Source of the DNA: Nitrosopumilus sp.
Lineage (GTDB): Archaea > Thermoproteota > Nitrososphaeria > Nitrososphaerales > Nitrosopumilaceae
Length of the DNA: 64,000 bases
Direction of reading: 5' to 3'
NCBI GenBank assembly: GCA_965207075.1
Contig: CBDBLO010000002.1
Span: forward strand, 256,001-320,000
The position numbers and the translations under genes are program-made. This document shows positions 19,358 to 29,127 of the stretch, one piece after another (position 1 is the stretch's first letter; every line of letters starts with the position of its first letter). The notes below the pieces were generated by a model. The model saw only the letters and a program-made list of their open reading frames with translations. It was not told the origin of the DNA and searched no databases.

Positions 19358-20395
19358 ATGGAGCGCCGGCCCGACTCGCTTGCGGGTTCTGCGCCGGCCC
19401 CGGCAGAATCGCCGCGGAGAACCGGCCCTGACTACGGCCCCGACGCCTCGGCCGCTGCCGCCCTGGGCAATGCGCGGCGCGTCCCGATCGGCATCGCCGC
19501 AGTCGACGACATGCTGGGCGGCGGCATCCCGCCGGGCATCATAGTGGACGTGTTTGGCGGCCACGGCACGGGCAAGACCCAGATTGTGATGCAGGCAGCG
19601 GCCAAGTTTGCCGCGTGCGGCAAGAGAGTCCTGTTCGTGGACACGGCAGGCACGTTCCGGCCCGAGCGCGTGCTACAGATGGCGGGCGCCTCGGCCAGTT
19701 GCGAGGCCATACTCGGCATGATATCGGTTGCCAGGGTTCAGAACGTGGCCGAGCAGGAGAGCGTGGTTGCAAGGCTGCTGCAGCAGCAACCGCGACACGA
19801 GCCCGCGGAGTTTGAATTCGTCGCGGTTGACAGCCTGACTGACCTGTTCTCCTACGAGTACAGCAGGTACGGTGACCTGCGCGAGCGCAACAGGCTGTTC
19901 TTTGGATACATGCGGAGTCTTGCGCGGCTCGCCGTGCATCGTGGCGTGACCGTAATGACGTCAAACGTCGTGAGGATGTCAGGCGATGCAGAGGTGGAGA
20001 ACATGGCCGCCGAGGTCGACATGTTTGCGCACGTCCGGATACGCCTGGCCAGGGAGGAGTTGGATTCTGCCGCTGCCGCCACTGCAGGCGCCGCCAGCAA
20101 GGTACTCCACGGACACGCGTCGTGCGTCATGCTGGACTCCTCATGTCGTAACGGAGACGGCGGCCGCGACGGCCGCCATAACAATCGTGGCCACAACAAT
20201 CATGTTGATAATTATAACGACAGCAGTGACCGCCTCGCCCACGCTGACAATTATGGGCCGGCGCACGACCATGGAGGAAACAGCGGTGACAAAGAAGAAG
20301 ACTACGGTGTAAAATTCTCATACAGGATAGAATCCGGCGGCATTACGACATTTGGTTACGACCCTGGTTCAAGTCGTGACATCAACCTGCCCTAA
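19358..20395 (+). CDS. RadA/RadB-family recombinase paralog (RecA fold)
   Basis: 'VDDMLGGGIP', Walker A 'GGHGTGKTQ', 'FVDTAGTFRPER', Walker B 'VAVDS'. Low-complexity C-terminal insertion. Start uncertain. Confidence 0.85.
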   Translation: MERRPDSLAGSAPAPAESPRRTGPDYGPDASAAAALGNARRVPIGIAAVDDMLGGGIPPGIIVDVFGGHGTGKTQIVMQAAAKFAACGKRVLFVDTAGTFRPERVLQMAGASASCEAILGMISVARVQNVAEQESVVARLLQQQPRHEPAEFEFVAVDSLTDLFSYEYSRYGDLRERNRLFFGYMRSLARLAVHRGVTVMTSNVVRMSGDAEVENMAAEVDMFAHVRIRLAREELDSAAAATAGAASKVLHGHASCVMLDSSCRNGDGGRDGRHNNRGHNNHVDNYNDSSDRLAHADNYGPAHDHGGNSGDKEEDYGVKFSYRIESGGITTFGYDPGSSRDINLP

Positions 20396-20467
20396 TTAGA
20401 GGCAGCCGCGGCAAGGGGAGGCAGCAGTCCGGCCCCACCGCGGTGTCCGTTGCCGCTTGCCGCGCCA

Positions 20468-23293
20468 TCAGCCTGTCGATCTCGTCCGGCCCGCCCTTGA
20501 CCTCTTCAGATTCTCCATGATTGCGTCGTAGGGGCTCTCCATGTCCGCGTCCTCCTCCAGCAGGTCGTCTACGAACCTGCCGCTGTCCTGCTTCCATTCG
20601 AGCACCTGCCGCAGGTCCTTTTCAAACCTGGGGTAGGCGTCCCGCTTTGTCTTGGATACCGCGTAGTCGTTTCTGCCCGTGTTGATGCTGCCCGTCATGG
20701 AGGCAAATATGATGTGCGTGTCGATCTCGTCCTCCGGTATGCCCTCCGTACGCGACAGCATCCTCTTGTATGCGGACAGCTGCTTGCGGTGGCCGCTGGC
20801 ATACGTTGCCGCCCTGTCCGTCTTGTAGTCTACGACGAGGTATCCGGAGTCGTGCTTGAATATGGCGTCGATCTGGCCGCTGAACATCATGCCGCCCCCG
20901 TCATAATCGGTCATGTCGCTGACGGGCACCTCCATCCCTTTCTCAAGCGCATACACCGCCAGGTTCCGGTATTCGGTTCTAAGCGTCTTTATGGCGTCTA
21001 GAGCGTTTTTTATCGACTTTTCCATGCTTTTGTTTGCGTCGTCTCTGTCAGTGTTGTAATCTTGAATTATACTCTCCGCATCTTGTTTGCCGTCGAGTAT
21101 GCTGCGCATAGCCTTGTGGAAGTTGCGGCCGAATTCTGCGCTTTTGTTTTCGACGCGCGGTATCCTGAATATGTTTCTCAGAAACTCCGACGGCTTGGCC
21201 TTGATGCCAGAGTATGAGAGGCGCCCCAGATCCTCGAAATAACCTGCAATCTGCTTCTCTATCCAGCCGTCACGGCCGTCACGGCCGAGCAGGCTCATCG
21301 ACTCCTCCAGCCTGCCTGCCACGAACATAGAGTACGCCTCCCTGTATCTTGCCTGCTCTTTTTCTGCCGCCGTCGGGCCTGCCTCTCCCTCCTCTGTCGA
21401 CCCATCCTCCGTCATTTTACACAGGCCCTTTATGCCAAAGTCTCCTCCGGCATCCTCTATGACTGCAAGTCTCTCCCTTGCCCTCGTGAACGCGACAAAA
21501 TGGAGCCTTGCCTGCTCCCCCTCCAGCTCGCCGCTGACGTCAATTCCCACGGACTGCAGTATGGCCGTCTTTACTACGTCGATGAACTTTGTCTTGCTGC
21601 CCCTGATGTCCTTTGGCAGGTATATCACCACGTCGTACTCTTGGCCCTTTGCCTTGTGGACCGTGCTGACCGTTATGTCCTCTCCCCCCGTTCTCCCGCC
21701 CCCGTCAGTCTCGCCGTCGCCGTCGCCCCCCTTCTTCCCCACTGCGCCGGCCCCCGGCTCCGCGCCTACGGTAAGGTATTCGAACAATCCCTCGCGTGTG
21801 GGGAAGTCAAACGTTAGGTACTGGTCGATGTTCTGTTTTATCGAACCTGCAGTGGAGAACCATTCGGGGCCGTGCGCCACGCATATGGGAAGTATGGTAC
21901 TGTCAAAGAGCCCGTCCAACTCGTCGGCCGTCATCCCGCACCCCCACTTCTTCAGCTTTTCAAGGCCGGGGCCGCCCCCTCCCTCCCCCCCGCCCGCATC
22001 TAGGGTTTCGGCCAGCTCGAGGACCTCGTCGAGCGGATACGGGGACAGGACGGTGAGGGCCGCCTGAATCTTGTATTTCATGTCATCGTACAGCATCCCC
22101 TCAAGAAAGTCGACGATGTGCTCCTTTGCCCTGTCGGCGGTGATCTTTGACGCGGTGGTCCTGTGCGGCATCTTCTCCGCATCCAGAAACTCGGAGATCC
22201 GTACGATCTGGTAGTTACTCCTCGTCAGTATCCCTATCTTTTTTCCGGGGTTCTCCCTTATCAGCCTCAGCATGTTCAAGTGAGGGGCCCCGGTTGAGAT
22301 CACCAGCGGCATCTCCCCCGACTTGTCGGATCTGAACGCCTCCAGGTACTTCCTAGACTCCTCGTCGGGGCCCGCCCTGTCAAGGTAGTACCGTTTTGCA
22401 TAGTCCAGGATCTGGTTAGTGCTGCGCCTGTTGGCCGAGAGCGGCAGCTTTTTGCACGTCCTTTGAAAGTCCTTTAGGTATTTTGTCGAGCCTCCCTGGA
22501 ACCCGAATATGGCCTGCTTTTCGTCGCCTACGAGAAACACGTTCTCGGCCACCCGACTTGCGATCTCGGCCTCCATCTTGTTCATGTCCTGCATCTCGTC
22601 GATCAGCGCGTGCTTGAACAGGGGCCCGTCGAGCCTTTCAAGGAACTGGATCAGCATGTCGGCATAGTCTATCGCGTCCCGCTTTGACTCCTCGTAGTCC
22701 TTGTATGCGGCAGTGAAGTACTTCAGGAACGCCTGCATCTCCTCCATCGTGTACGAGCTTTTTTCGATGTGGTCCTTGTGGACCTGCTCCAGCAGGGCCG
22801 ACACCTCCGGGATGCCTATCCTGTCGGGCGTCACCCCGAAGCTCTTGATGTACTGGATGGCGTTCGTGGCGGCCGGCACGATCTCGTCTATTACGTACTT
22901 TTTGCTGTAATTGAACGCCTCGTTGTCCTTGAAGCTCTTGTATATGGAATATCTTATGCGGTTCTCGTCGACTGCCATCTCGTCGATCTGGCCCGAGTCA
23001 AGAAGGCGCTCGTAGGCGAAGCTGTGAAACGTGTGTATGTGGACCTTTTTCACCTGGGCAGGGAACTTGCCACTGCCCTGCCTGTTGATCGCGTCGTACA
23101 TCTCTTTTTTTGCCTTTTTGGTAAACGTTATGCATACAATGTCGTCTGGGTCGACGCCCTCCTCCAGCAGCTGCACTACCTTGAGCGCAAGCGTGGTGGT
23201 CTTTCCGGTTCCGGGGTTGGACACCACGATGACGCTGCCCTTGGACTTGATTATCCGTTGCTGCTCCTCTGAGGGCTGTATCCGGTCTTCCAT
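20468..23293 (-). CDS. UvrD/REP SF1 helicase fused to C-terminal PD-(D/E)XK nuclease (AddA/Adn-like)
   Basis: 'SNPGTGKT', 'ITFT', 'TFHSF', 'DEMQD', 'VGDEKQAIFGFQG', 'TVHKAKGQEY', 'FVAFTRA'. C-terminal 'GQIDAIF...VVDYKT...QLSAY'. Confidence 0.9.
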   Translation of the reverse strand: MEDRIQPSEEQQRIIKSKGSVIVVSNPGTGKTTTLALKVVQLLEEGVDPDDIVCITFTKKAKKEMYDAINRQGSGKFPAQVKKVHIHTFHSFAYERLLDSGQIDEMAVDENRIRYSIYKSFKDNEAFNYSKKYVIDEIVPAATNAIQYIKSFGVTPDRIGIPEVSALLEQVHKDHIEKSSYTMEEMQAFLKYFTAAYKDYEESKRDAIDYADMLIQFLERLDGPLFKHALIDEMQDMNKMEAEIASRVAENVFLVGDEKQAIFGFQGGSTKYLKDFQRTCKKLPLSANRRSTNQILDYAKRYYLDRAGPDEESRKYLEAFRSDKSGEMPLVISTGAPHLNMLRLIRENPGKKIGILTRSNYQIVRISEFLDAEKMPHRTTASKITADRAKEHIVDFLEGMLYDDMKYKIQAALTVLSPYPLDEVLELAETLDAGGGEGGGGPGLEKLKKWGCGMTADELDGLFDSTILPICVAHGPEWFSTAGSIKQNIDQYLTFDFPTREGLFEYLTVGAEPGAGAVGKKGGDGDGETDGGGRTGGEDITVSTVHKAKGQEYDVVIYLPKDIRGSKTKFIDVVKTAILQSVGIDVSGELEGEQARLHFVAFTRARERLAVIEDAGGDFGIKGLCKMTEDGSTEEGEAGPTAAEKEQARYREAYSMFVAGRLEESMSLLGRDGRDGWIEKQIAGYFEDLGRLSYSGIKAKPSEFLRNIFRIPRVENKSAEFGRNFHKAMRSILDGKQDAESIIQDYNTDRDDANKSMEKSIKNALDAIKTLRTEYRNLAVYALEKGMEVPVSDMTDYDGGGMMFSGQIDAIFKHDSGYLVVDYKTDRAATYASGHRKQLSAYKRMLSRTEGIPEDEIDTHIIFASMTGSINTGRNDYAVSKTKRDAYPRFEKDLRQVLEWKQDSGRFVDDLLEEDADMESPYDAIMENLKRSRAGRTRSTG

Positions 23294-23523
23294 TATGGGG
23301 GGCTCCCTTCAGCAGTCGTCATCGTCACCATAGCCGTAGCCATCAGGACCTGTACTCTCCCATTATGTTTGGCCCCTGATCCGTCCTAGATTTTTAACGT
23401 TTTTTTGCCTGCGCTGCGCAACGCGTGCGCGATGGGCCGTGTAGCAGGCGAGGCCCGTCGCTACCCGTCGCGTACCCCGCCGTCAAGCTTAAGATTTTTA
23501 ACGGTAGGCATGGCCTGCACGGC

Positions 23524-23853
23524 ATGGCGGACATATTTGATTACATCCCGATTATCTGCACCATACTGTTTGCCGCCGGGATAGTGGGGGCAATCCTATA
23601 TGAGCGGGCGCGCTCCAGTCCCATTGATGGTTCGGCAGGAAGGAGGGGCAGAAAAGCAGCACCGGCAGCAACAGCAGCCGACACCGCCGCCGCGCCCCCC
23701 ACGGAGACCGGGGCAGAGAAAGCAGCAGACGCCGGGGACGCAGCAGAAACCGCCGATGTCAACACCACCACCACGACAGCAACCACCACCACTGGCAAGC
23801 AAAAAGCGCCAAGGACATCCAGGGCAAGAAGAAGATCGCGCCGCCATTCTTGA
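23524..23853 (+). CDS. Small single-pass membrane protein
   Basis: MADIFDYIPIICTILFAAGIVGAILY... One TM helix and a low-complexity tail. TATA-like 'TTTTAA' upstream. Confidence 0.55.
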   Translation: MADIFDYIPIICTILFAAGIVGAILYERARSSPIDGSAGRRGRKAAPAATAADTAAAPPTETGAEKAADAGDAAETADVNTTTTTATTTTGKQKAPRTSRARRRSRRHS

Positions 23854-26683
23854 AAAGACGTTTGCAGAGTTCGGGTTCGAGAGCCTGACAGAGATCCAGT
23901 CAAAGGCCTCGCCCGTCATACTGCAGAAGCGCGACTGCCTGGCAGTAGCGCCCACCGGCTCCGGCAAGACGGAGTGCTCGATAATACCGATATTCTCCAT
24001 CCTCAGATCCGAGGGTTCCGGCAATGGCGGCCGCGGGGGCATCCGCGCCCTGTACATAACCCCGCTGCGGGCGCTCAACCGCGACGTGTTCCGGCGCATC
24101 TCGAGATACGCGGAGCTCTGCGGGCTTGAGATCGGCGTCAGGCACGGGGACACACCGCAGAGCCGCCGGCGAAAGATGGCCGAAAACCCCCCGGACGTCA
24201 TGATCACCACGCCCGAGACGCTGGTCGTGCTGCTGAGCCAGGAGAAGATGCTCGCCGCCCTTGCCAGCCTGGAGTGGGTCGTGATAGACGAGGTGCACGA
24301 GCTGCTTGCAAGCGAGCGGGGCTCGCAGCTCTCGCTTAGCCTGGAGAGGCTCGAGCTCAACTCCAAGAGGCCCCTTACCCGCATCGGGCTCTCCGCCACG
24401 GTGGGAAACGTGTCGGACGCGGCAAAGTTCGTCTCCGGCGCGCAGCGGCGCTGCCGCATCGTACAGGACAGGTCACTGAGAAAGTACGACGTTGACATCG
24501 AGTACGTGGAGGGCACCATATCGGACGCGGCCCGCGCCATACACGCGAAAATTGCGCAGTCCGGGCTGGACTCGCCCGTCCTGCTGTTTGCAAACACGCG
24601 CGGCGAGGCGGAATTTCTGGCGTCCATGCTAAAGGAGATCGGCAAGACGCCCGTCGAGCTGCACCACGGCTCCCTCTCCAAGTCAGTCAGGGAGGAGACC
24701 GAGCAGCTGCTCCGCGAGGGGGGCGGCCTCCGCATCATAGCGTGCACGTCGTCGCTTGAACTGGGAATCGACATCGGCTCAGTCGAGCTGGTGGTGCACT
24801 ACGGCTCCCCCCGGCAGGTCTCAAAGTTCGTCCAGCGGATAGGCCGCAGCAGGCACGTGCGCGACGCGTCGGCGCGGGGCCTGATAATCACGAACAGCGC
24901 GGACGACGAGCTGGAGGCGCGCGCCATAATGGAGCGTGTCGGCGCGGGGTCGATAGAGCAGCAGCGGATACACGTGGCGCCGCTCGACGTCTTGGCCCAC
25001 CACATGGTGGGACTCTCAATGCAGGCGGGCCCCCACAGCATCAGGGTGGACGCCGCGCTCGACGTGGTAAGGCGGGCCTATCCGTACCGCGACATTACGA
25101 TTGATGAGTTCTCGCAGGTCCTCGAGCAGCTGGACGCGAGCCGCCTGATCACATATGACCGGGACGGCATGACGTTTGAAAAGTCGGGCCGGTACATGCG
25201 CTACCACTACGAGAACCTGTCGACCATCCCGGACATGCTGAGGTTCAAGGTGTTTGACAGCACGAACCGCCGCATAATAGGGACGCTCGACCAGAGGTTC
25301 GTGGGGGACCACGGCGAGCAGGGCAACATCTTCGTGCTCAGGGGCTCGCAGTGGCGCATCCTCAACGTGGATGAAAAGTCGTTTGCGGTGAACGTGGAGC
25401 CCCTGCGGTCAGGCGGCGGTGGCGGCGACCCCGCCACGAGAACCGTCCCGTACTGGGAGGGCGAGAGCATTCCGGTGGACTATGAGACGGCCCGCAGGGT
25501 CGGCCTGTTCCGCGGCATGATAAGGAGCGGCAGGATGGAGGTCCAGAACAAGGTGATGGGGGGGCTGACCTTCGAGGTGGCCGCGTCAGGGGACGGTGAC
25601 GATGATCGCGGCAGTAACAGTGATGGCGGTGAAAACGGAAACAAAAACAGCAAAACCACCACCACCCCTCCAGACGTCATACCGGTCGAGTCGCAGCGCT
25701 CGCGCGGGGTAATAGTGCTGCACGGGTGCTTTGGCAGCAGGATAAACGCGACGCTCTCCACGCTGCTCTCCTCCATGCTCTCCGGCCTCACGGGCTCCAG
25801 AATAGACTCGCGCTCTGACGGGTACCGGATAGTCCTGTCGTCCTCGTCGGCCCGCATATACGAGCCGCTGCTCCTGCGGGTTCTCCGCGACGAGTACGAC
25901 GATCTGGCCGGAATGGTCGGCTCCTCGCTTGCGGGCACGCACAACGTCAACTGGCGCGTCTGGTGCGTGGCAAAGAGGTTCGGCGTGCTGGGCCGCGACG
26001 CCGTCTACGAGTCAAGGTCGGCCCGCTTTCTGTACGAGCGCTACACAGGCACGCCCGTCGTAAGGGAGGCGCTCAGGGAGCTGTTCCATGACAAGTACGA
26101 CCTGGACGGGTGCAGGGCAGTCCTAGAGGGCGTGCGCAGCGGCCGCATACGGGTGTCGTGGACCGAGGTGGACGGGTTCTCGGGGCTGGCGGCGCCCATC
26201 CTGGACCACACTGCCAGGTACTACTCGTCTCCCGCCGCGCTCGACCGCGGCATAATAGAGCTGGTAAAGGCCAGGCTGGCAAAGACAAAGCACCGCATAG
26301 TCTGCGTCCGCTGCGGCAGGTGGGAGCGGCTGGTCGAGACGCGCGACGTGGTGGGGCCGCTCGCGTGCCCGCACTGCAGGGGCAGGCAGGTAGCGGTGAC
26401 GTTCCATTCAGATACGGACCTGCCCGGCATAGTGCGCAAGAGGGCTGCAGGCCAGAGGGTTACGGCCGAGGAGAAGCGAAAGTTTGAGCGCGCATGGAAG
26501 GTCGCGTCGCTGATAGAGTCGTTTGGGCCCACCGCCGTCGTGGTGATGTCCGGGTACGGGGTGGGCGCCGACACGGCCGCGCGCATACTGCGCAACATGA
26601 TAGGCGGCGACGAGGACAACCTCATAAAGCAGATCTACGAGGCCGAGAGGCAGTATGTCGTGACGCGCGGGTTCTGGGACTGA
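23756..26683 (+). CDS. lhr: Lhr-like SF2 DEAH helicase
   Basis: 'APTGSGKT', 'ITPLRALNRD', 'TTPETL', 'DEVHE', 'GLSAT', 'HHGSLS', 'SSLELGID', 'QRIGRS', and a C-terminal Zn ribbon. Start uncertain (in-frame ATG at 23600, 23627 or 23756). Confidence 0.92.
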   Translation: MSTPPPRQQPPPLASKKRQGHPGQEEDRAAILEKTFAEFGFESLTEIQSKASPVILQKRDCLAVAPTGSGKTECSIIPIFSILRSEGSGNGGRGGIRALYITPLRALNRDVFRRISRYAELCGLEIGVRHGDTPQSRRRKMAENPPDVMITTPETLVVLLSQEKMLAALASLEWVVIDEVHELLASERGSQLSLSLERLELNSKRPLTRIGLSATVGNVSDAAKFVSGAQRRCRIVQDRSLRKYDVDIEYVEGTISDAARAIHAKIAQSGLDSPVLLFANTRGEAEFLASMLKEIGKTPVELHHGSLSKSVREETEQLLREGGGLRIIACTSSLELGIDIGSVELVVHYGSPRQVSKFVQRIGRSRHVRDASARGLIITNSADDELEARAIMERVGAGSIEQQRIHVAPLDVLAHHMVGLSMQAGPHSIRVDAALDVVRRAYPYRDITIDEFSQVLEQLDASRLITYDRDGMTFEKSGRYMRYHYENLSTIPDMLRFKVFDSTNRRIIGTLDQRFVGDHGEQGNIFVLRGSQWRILNVDEKSFAVNVEPLRSGGGGGDPATRTVPYWEGESIPVDYETARRVGLFRGMIRSGRMEVQNKVMGGLTFEVAASGDGDDDRGSNSDGGENGNKNSKTTTTPPDVIPVESQRSRGVIVLHGCFGSRINATLSTLLSSMLSGLTGSRIDSRSDGYRIVLSSSSARIYEPLLLRVLRDEYDDLAGMVGSSLAGTHNVNWRVWCVAKRFGVLGRDAVYESRSARFLYERYTGTPVVREALRELFHDKYDLDGCRAVLEGVRSGRIRVSWTEVDGFSGLAAPILDHTARYYSSPAALDRGIIELVKARLAKTKHRIVCVRCGRWERLVETRDVVGPLACPHCRGRQVAVTFHSDTDLPGIVRKRAAGQRVTAEEKRKFERAWKVASLIESFGPTAVVVMSGYGVGADTAARILRNMIGGDEDNLIKQIYEAERQYVVTRGFWD

Positions 26684-26760
26684 TACGCGCGGGACGGGGC
26701 CGCCCTCCCCTCGGCTGAGCCTGGCCGGAATTTTTTTAAAGATTCTAGAGTATCTACGGC

Positions 26761-27273
26761 ATGGCCGCGCCGTCTGGAGCGTCGGGCAAGTCCGCAACGG
26801 GCCCCAGCAGCTCGGAGGTGCTTGACGCGTTCGAGCCCCTGCTGAGGAACTTCATCGTGGAGACCCTCTCCTCCGTTGAGGGCTGGGAGGGCGCCTGCCT
26901 GCCCGGCGACATCAGGAAGGACGCGGAGCAGAGGCACCAGCACGAGAAAAAGATGAGCGACGTGCTGAACAAGCCAGCCCGTTCCATGTTTGACTATGTC
27001 AACTTTGACGCGTATGAGAGGATAATAACCCGGAGGGACAACTGGCGGAACCACTTTGAGCCGGTTTTTAGGCGCAAGGACGTTTTCTCGTACAAGATGG
27101 AGGTGATCAGGTCCGTTCGAAACGACGCAAGGCACGCCCGCGATCTTGACAATGTAAACCACCTGCGGCTCAGGCTTCACTGCTATGACATCATCTCCCA
27201 GATCTACGAGTCGCAAAGGCCCAACTTCCGGCGCGCTAGTCTGAAGAGAAAGTTCGGCCTGGCGCCAGCCTGA
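26761..27273 (+). CDS. Swt1-like HEPN-domain protein (putative RNase)
   Basis: 'FEPLLRNFI', 'FDYVNF', 'NWRNHFEPVF', and the HEPN Rx4H motif 'RNDARH'. Confidence 0.7.
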   Translation: MAAPSGASGKSATGPSSSEVLDAFEPLLRNFIVETLSSVEGWEGACLPGDIRKDAEQRHQHEKKMSDVLNKPARSMFDYVNFDAYERIITRRDNWRNHFEPVFRRKDVFSYKMEVIRSVRNDARHARDLDNVNHLRLRLHCYDIISQIYESQRPNFRRASLKRKFGLAPA

Positions 27274-27361
27274 GGACTGATGGCCTTGGCGCATGGGCAT
27301 CCTGTTGTGCGGCGTCACGTGCACGTGTTGGAACCGGCGCGTTGATGCCACCGATTATCCG

Positions 27362-28915
27362 TCACTGATTGTCTGACTGGGGCTGGGGCTGGGTACTGCC
27401 GTCACTGCCCGCGCCGCCCTTGTCCTCGATGTTCCTGACCACGGAGTACTCGGTCAGTGTAAGGTCCGTCTCCTCGCCCATGCCGCGCTGCGCCCTGACG
27501 CCCGTTATGACGTATTTGCCCCCCATCTCGCACCGCTCAAGCGTCCTTGCGTGGTTTCTCCACGCCTTTAGCACGGCCTCGCCTGAGCCGTCTGCTACGA
27601 CCATCTCGGCAAGCGGTATCGTCTCGCCGCTCTTGGTCTGTATCTCCCTCGTGTCCGGCGCGTTTATCACTATGCAGTTGATGCAGTAAAGCGAGGGGCC
27701 GGCGTCCGGCCTCGCCTCTGTAATTGAGGTCGCGGCCTCGCGTAGCGTCGGAATCGATGCGGCCACGTCGCCCTCCGCGTTCCTGATAAACGAGCTGGAG
27801 TCTATCACGACGTTGGCACCGTGCAGCTGGGCCGGCATGCACTCTACAATCTCGCCCTCGTTGTATGCGGCCGATATCTGGTCCGTGTCGATGACAGAGT
27901 ACAGCGTTCCCATTGCGTCTATGCCCAGGATTGCCTGCCTGCCTGTCTGGGACGGAGGGGGCTTTGCCAGTATGCGCATCGTAATCGGCTCCATGGAGCT
28001 GCCGTCTGAGCCGCCCTCGTCCTGTATGATTATGCGCGTCGAGTCGTTCCCGTGTATCTCCATGGACTGCTGTTGTTGCTGCTGATCCGTCATCCTCGCC
28101 GAGACGCCGAGCAGTACGACCTTTGGCGACACGGACACTATCTTTTTTGGAACCGATGACATGTCCTTGCCCCACAGCACTACGCGCCTGGCCACCCCGT
28201 CATCGCCGCTGATCCTCATCTTTAGCGCCGTGGCGCGCTCGCCGGTCTGCTGCCTGGTGTACTCCATGAGCGTGATGTCGCCCTCCAGCTTGCCCGATAC
28301 GGCGAGGTTCGAGGCCCCCATTCCCGACGTCTGCCCTTCGCCGTCGCCCTGCATCTCTGGCAGCTTGCTCACGTCAATCGTTATGGACTCGATGGACGGT
28401 ATCTCCCGCCGCGGCTCTGCGACCGGCTCTATGTCGGTGCCCGATCCGACGTGGATTGCCAGCGAGCCGTCCCTGTCCTCCTTGATGTACGCCTTTGATA
28501 TCCTGATATAGTCGCCCGGATTCAGCTCGCTGATGCCCGGCAGGGTCGCCTTGTCGCCCCACAGCTTTACGCTTGCCGTATGGTCCGGACTGTCGTACAC
28601 CGACATGGTCCTCAGGGCCCCCTGCCCGCCGTCCTTCTGGGTGAACTTCCTGACTGACGACACGCTTAGCAGCCTGACCTCCAGGGTCACCTCGTTTGCC
28701 CCGGCGTACAGGTCCTTTATGCTGACGTCCGACTTGATCGGCTTCGCTATGGTGGCGCCGTACTCTCCGGCCACCAAGAATGCCGCACCCCTCTCAGTCA
28801 GGTACCCGGGGCCGACTGCCTCTATCTTGGCCGCTATGCGGCCCTTTATCTCCTCCCTGCTTGCGCCGGGGCTCTGCCTGATGATCTCGTCTATCAGCTC
28901 ATCGATATTCTGCAT
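27362..28915 (-). CDS. Replication protein A / multi-OB-fold ssDNA-binding protein
   Basis: 'GYLTERGAAFLVA', OB folds ('F.QKDGG.G...SVKLWG', 'QTKSGE...VADGSGEAVLKAWR'). Confidence 0.85.
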   Translation of the reverse strand: MQNIDELIDEIIRQSPGASREEIKGRIAAKIEAVGPGYLTERGAAFLVAGEYGATIAKPIKSDVSIKDLYAGANEVTLEVRLLSVSSVRKFTQKDGGQGALRTMSVYDSPDHTASVKLWGDKATLPGISELNPGDYIRISKAYIKEDRDGSLAIHVGSGTDIEPVAEPRREIPSIESITIDVSKLPEMQGDGEGQTSGMGASNLAVSGKLEGDITLMEYTRQQTGERATALKMRISGDDGVARRVVLWGKDMSSVPKKIVSVSPKVVLLGVSARMTDQQQQQQSMEIHGNDSTRIIIQDEGGSDGSSMEPITMRILAKPPPSQTGRQAILGIDAMGTLYSVIDTDQISAAYNEGEIVECMPAQLHGANVVIDSSSFIRNAEGDVAASIPTLREAATSITEARPDAGPSLYCINCIVINAPDTREIQTKSGETIPLAEMVVADGSGEAVLKAWRNHARTLERCEMGGKYVITGVRAQRGMGEETDLTLTEYSVVRNIEDKGGAGSDGSTQPQPQSDNQ

Positions 28916-29127
28916 CGTCTCGTCGATTTTGTGGGAGGAATGCTGTGTAATAAAAGTTCCAAACCACAATATTTTATGATCTTATTTTTGCGGCGGCCCC
29001 TGCATCGCCCCCCTCCCCTCGCCGGCATGCGTCTGGTGCGCGCGGACGGCTCCGCCACCCACTCGCGGGCCGCCTGCGCGTGTGGTGGATATTATTAGTA
29101 GGGGTGGCGGGAGGAAGGTTGGAGAAA

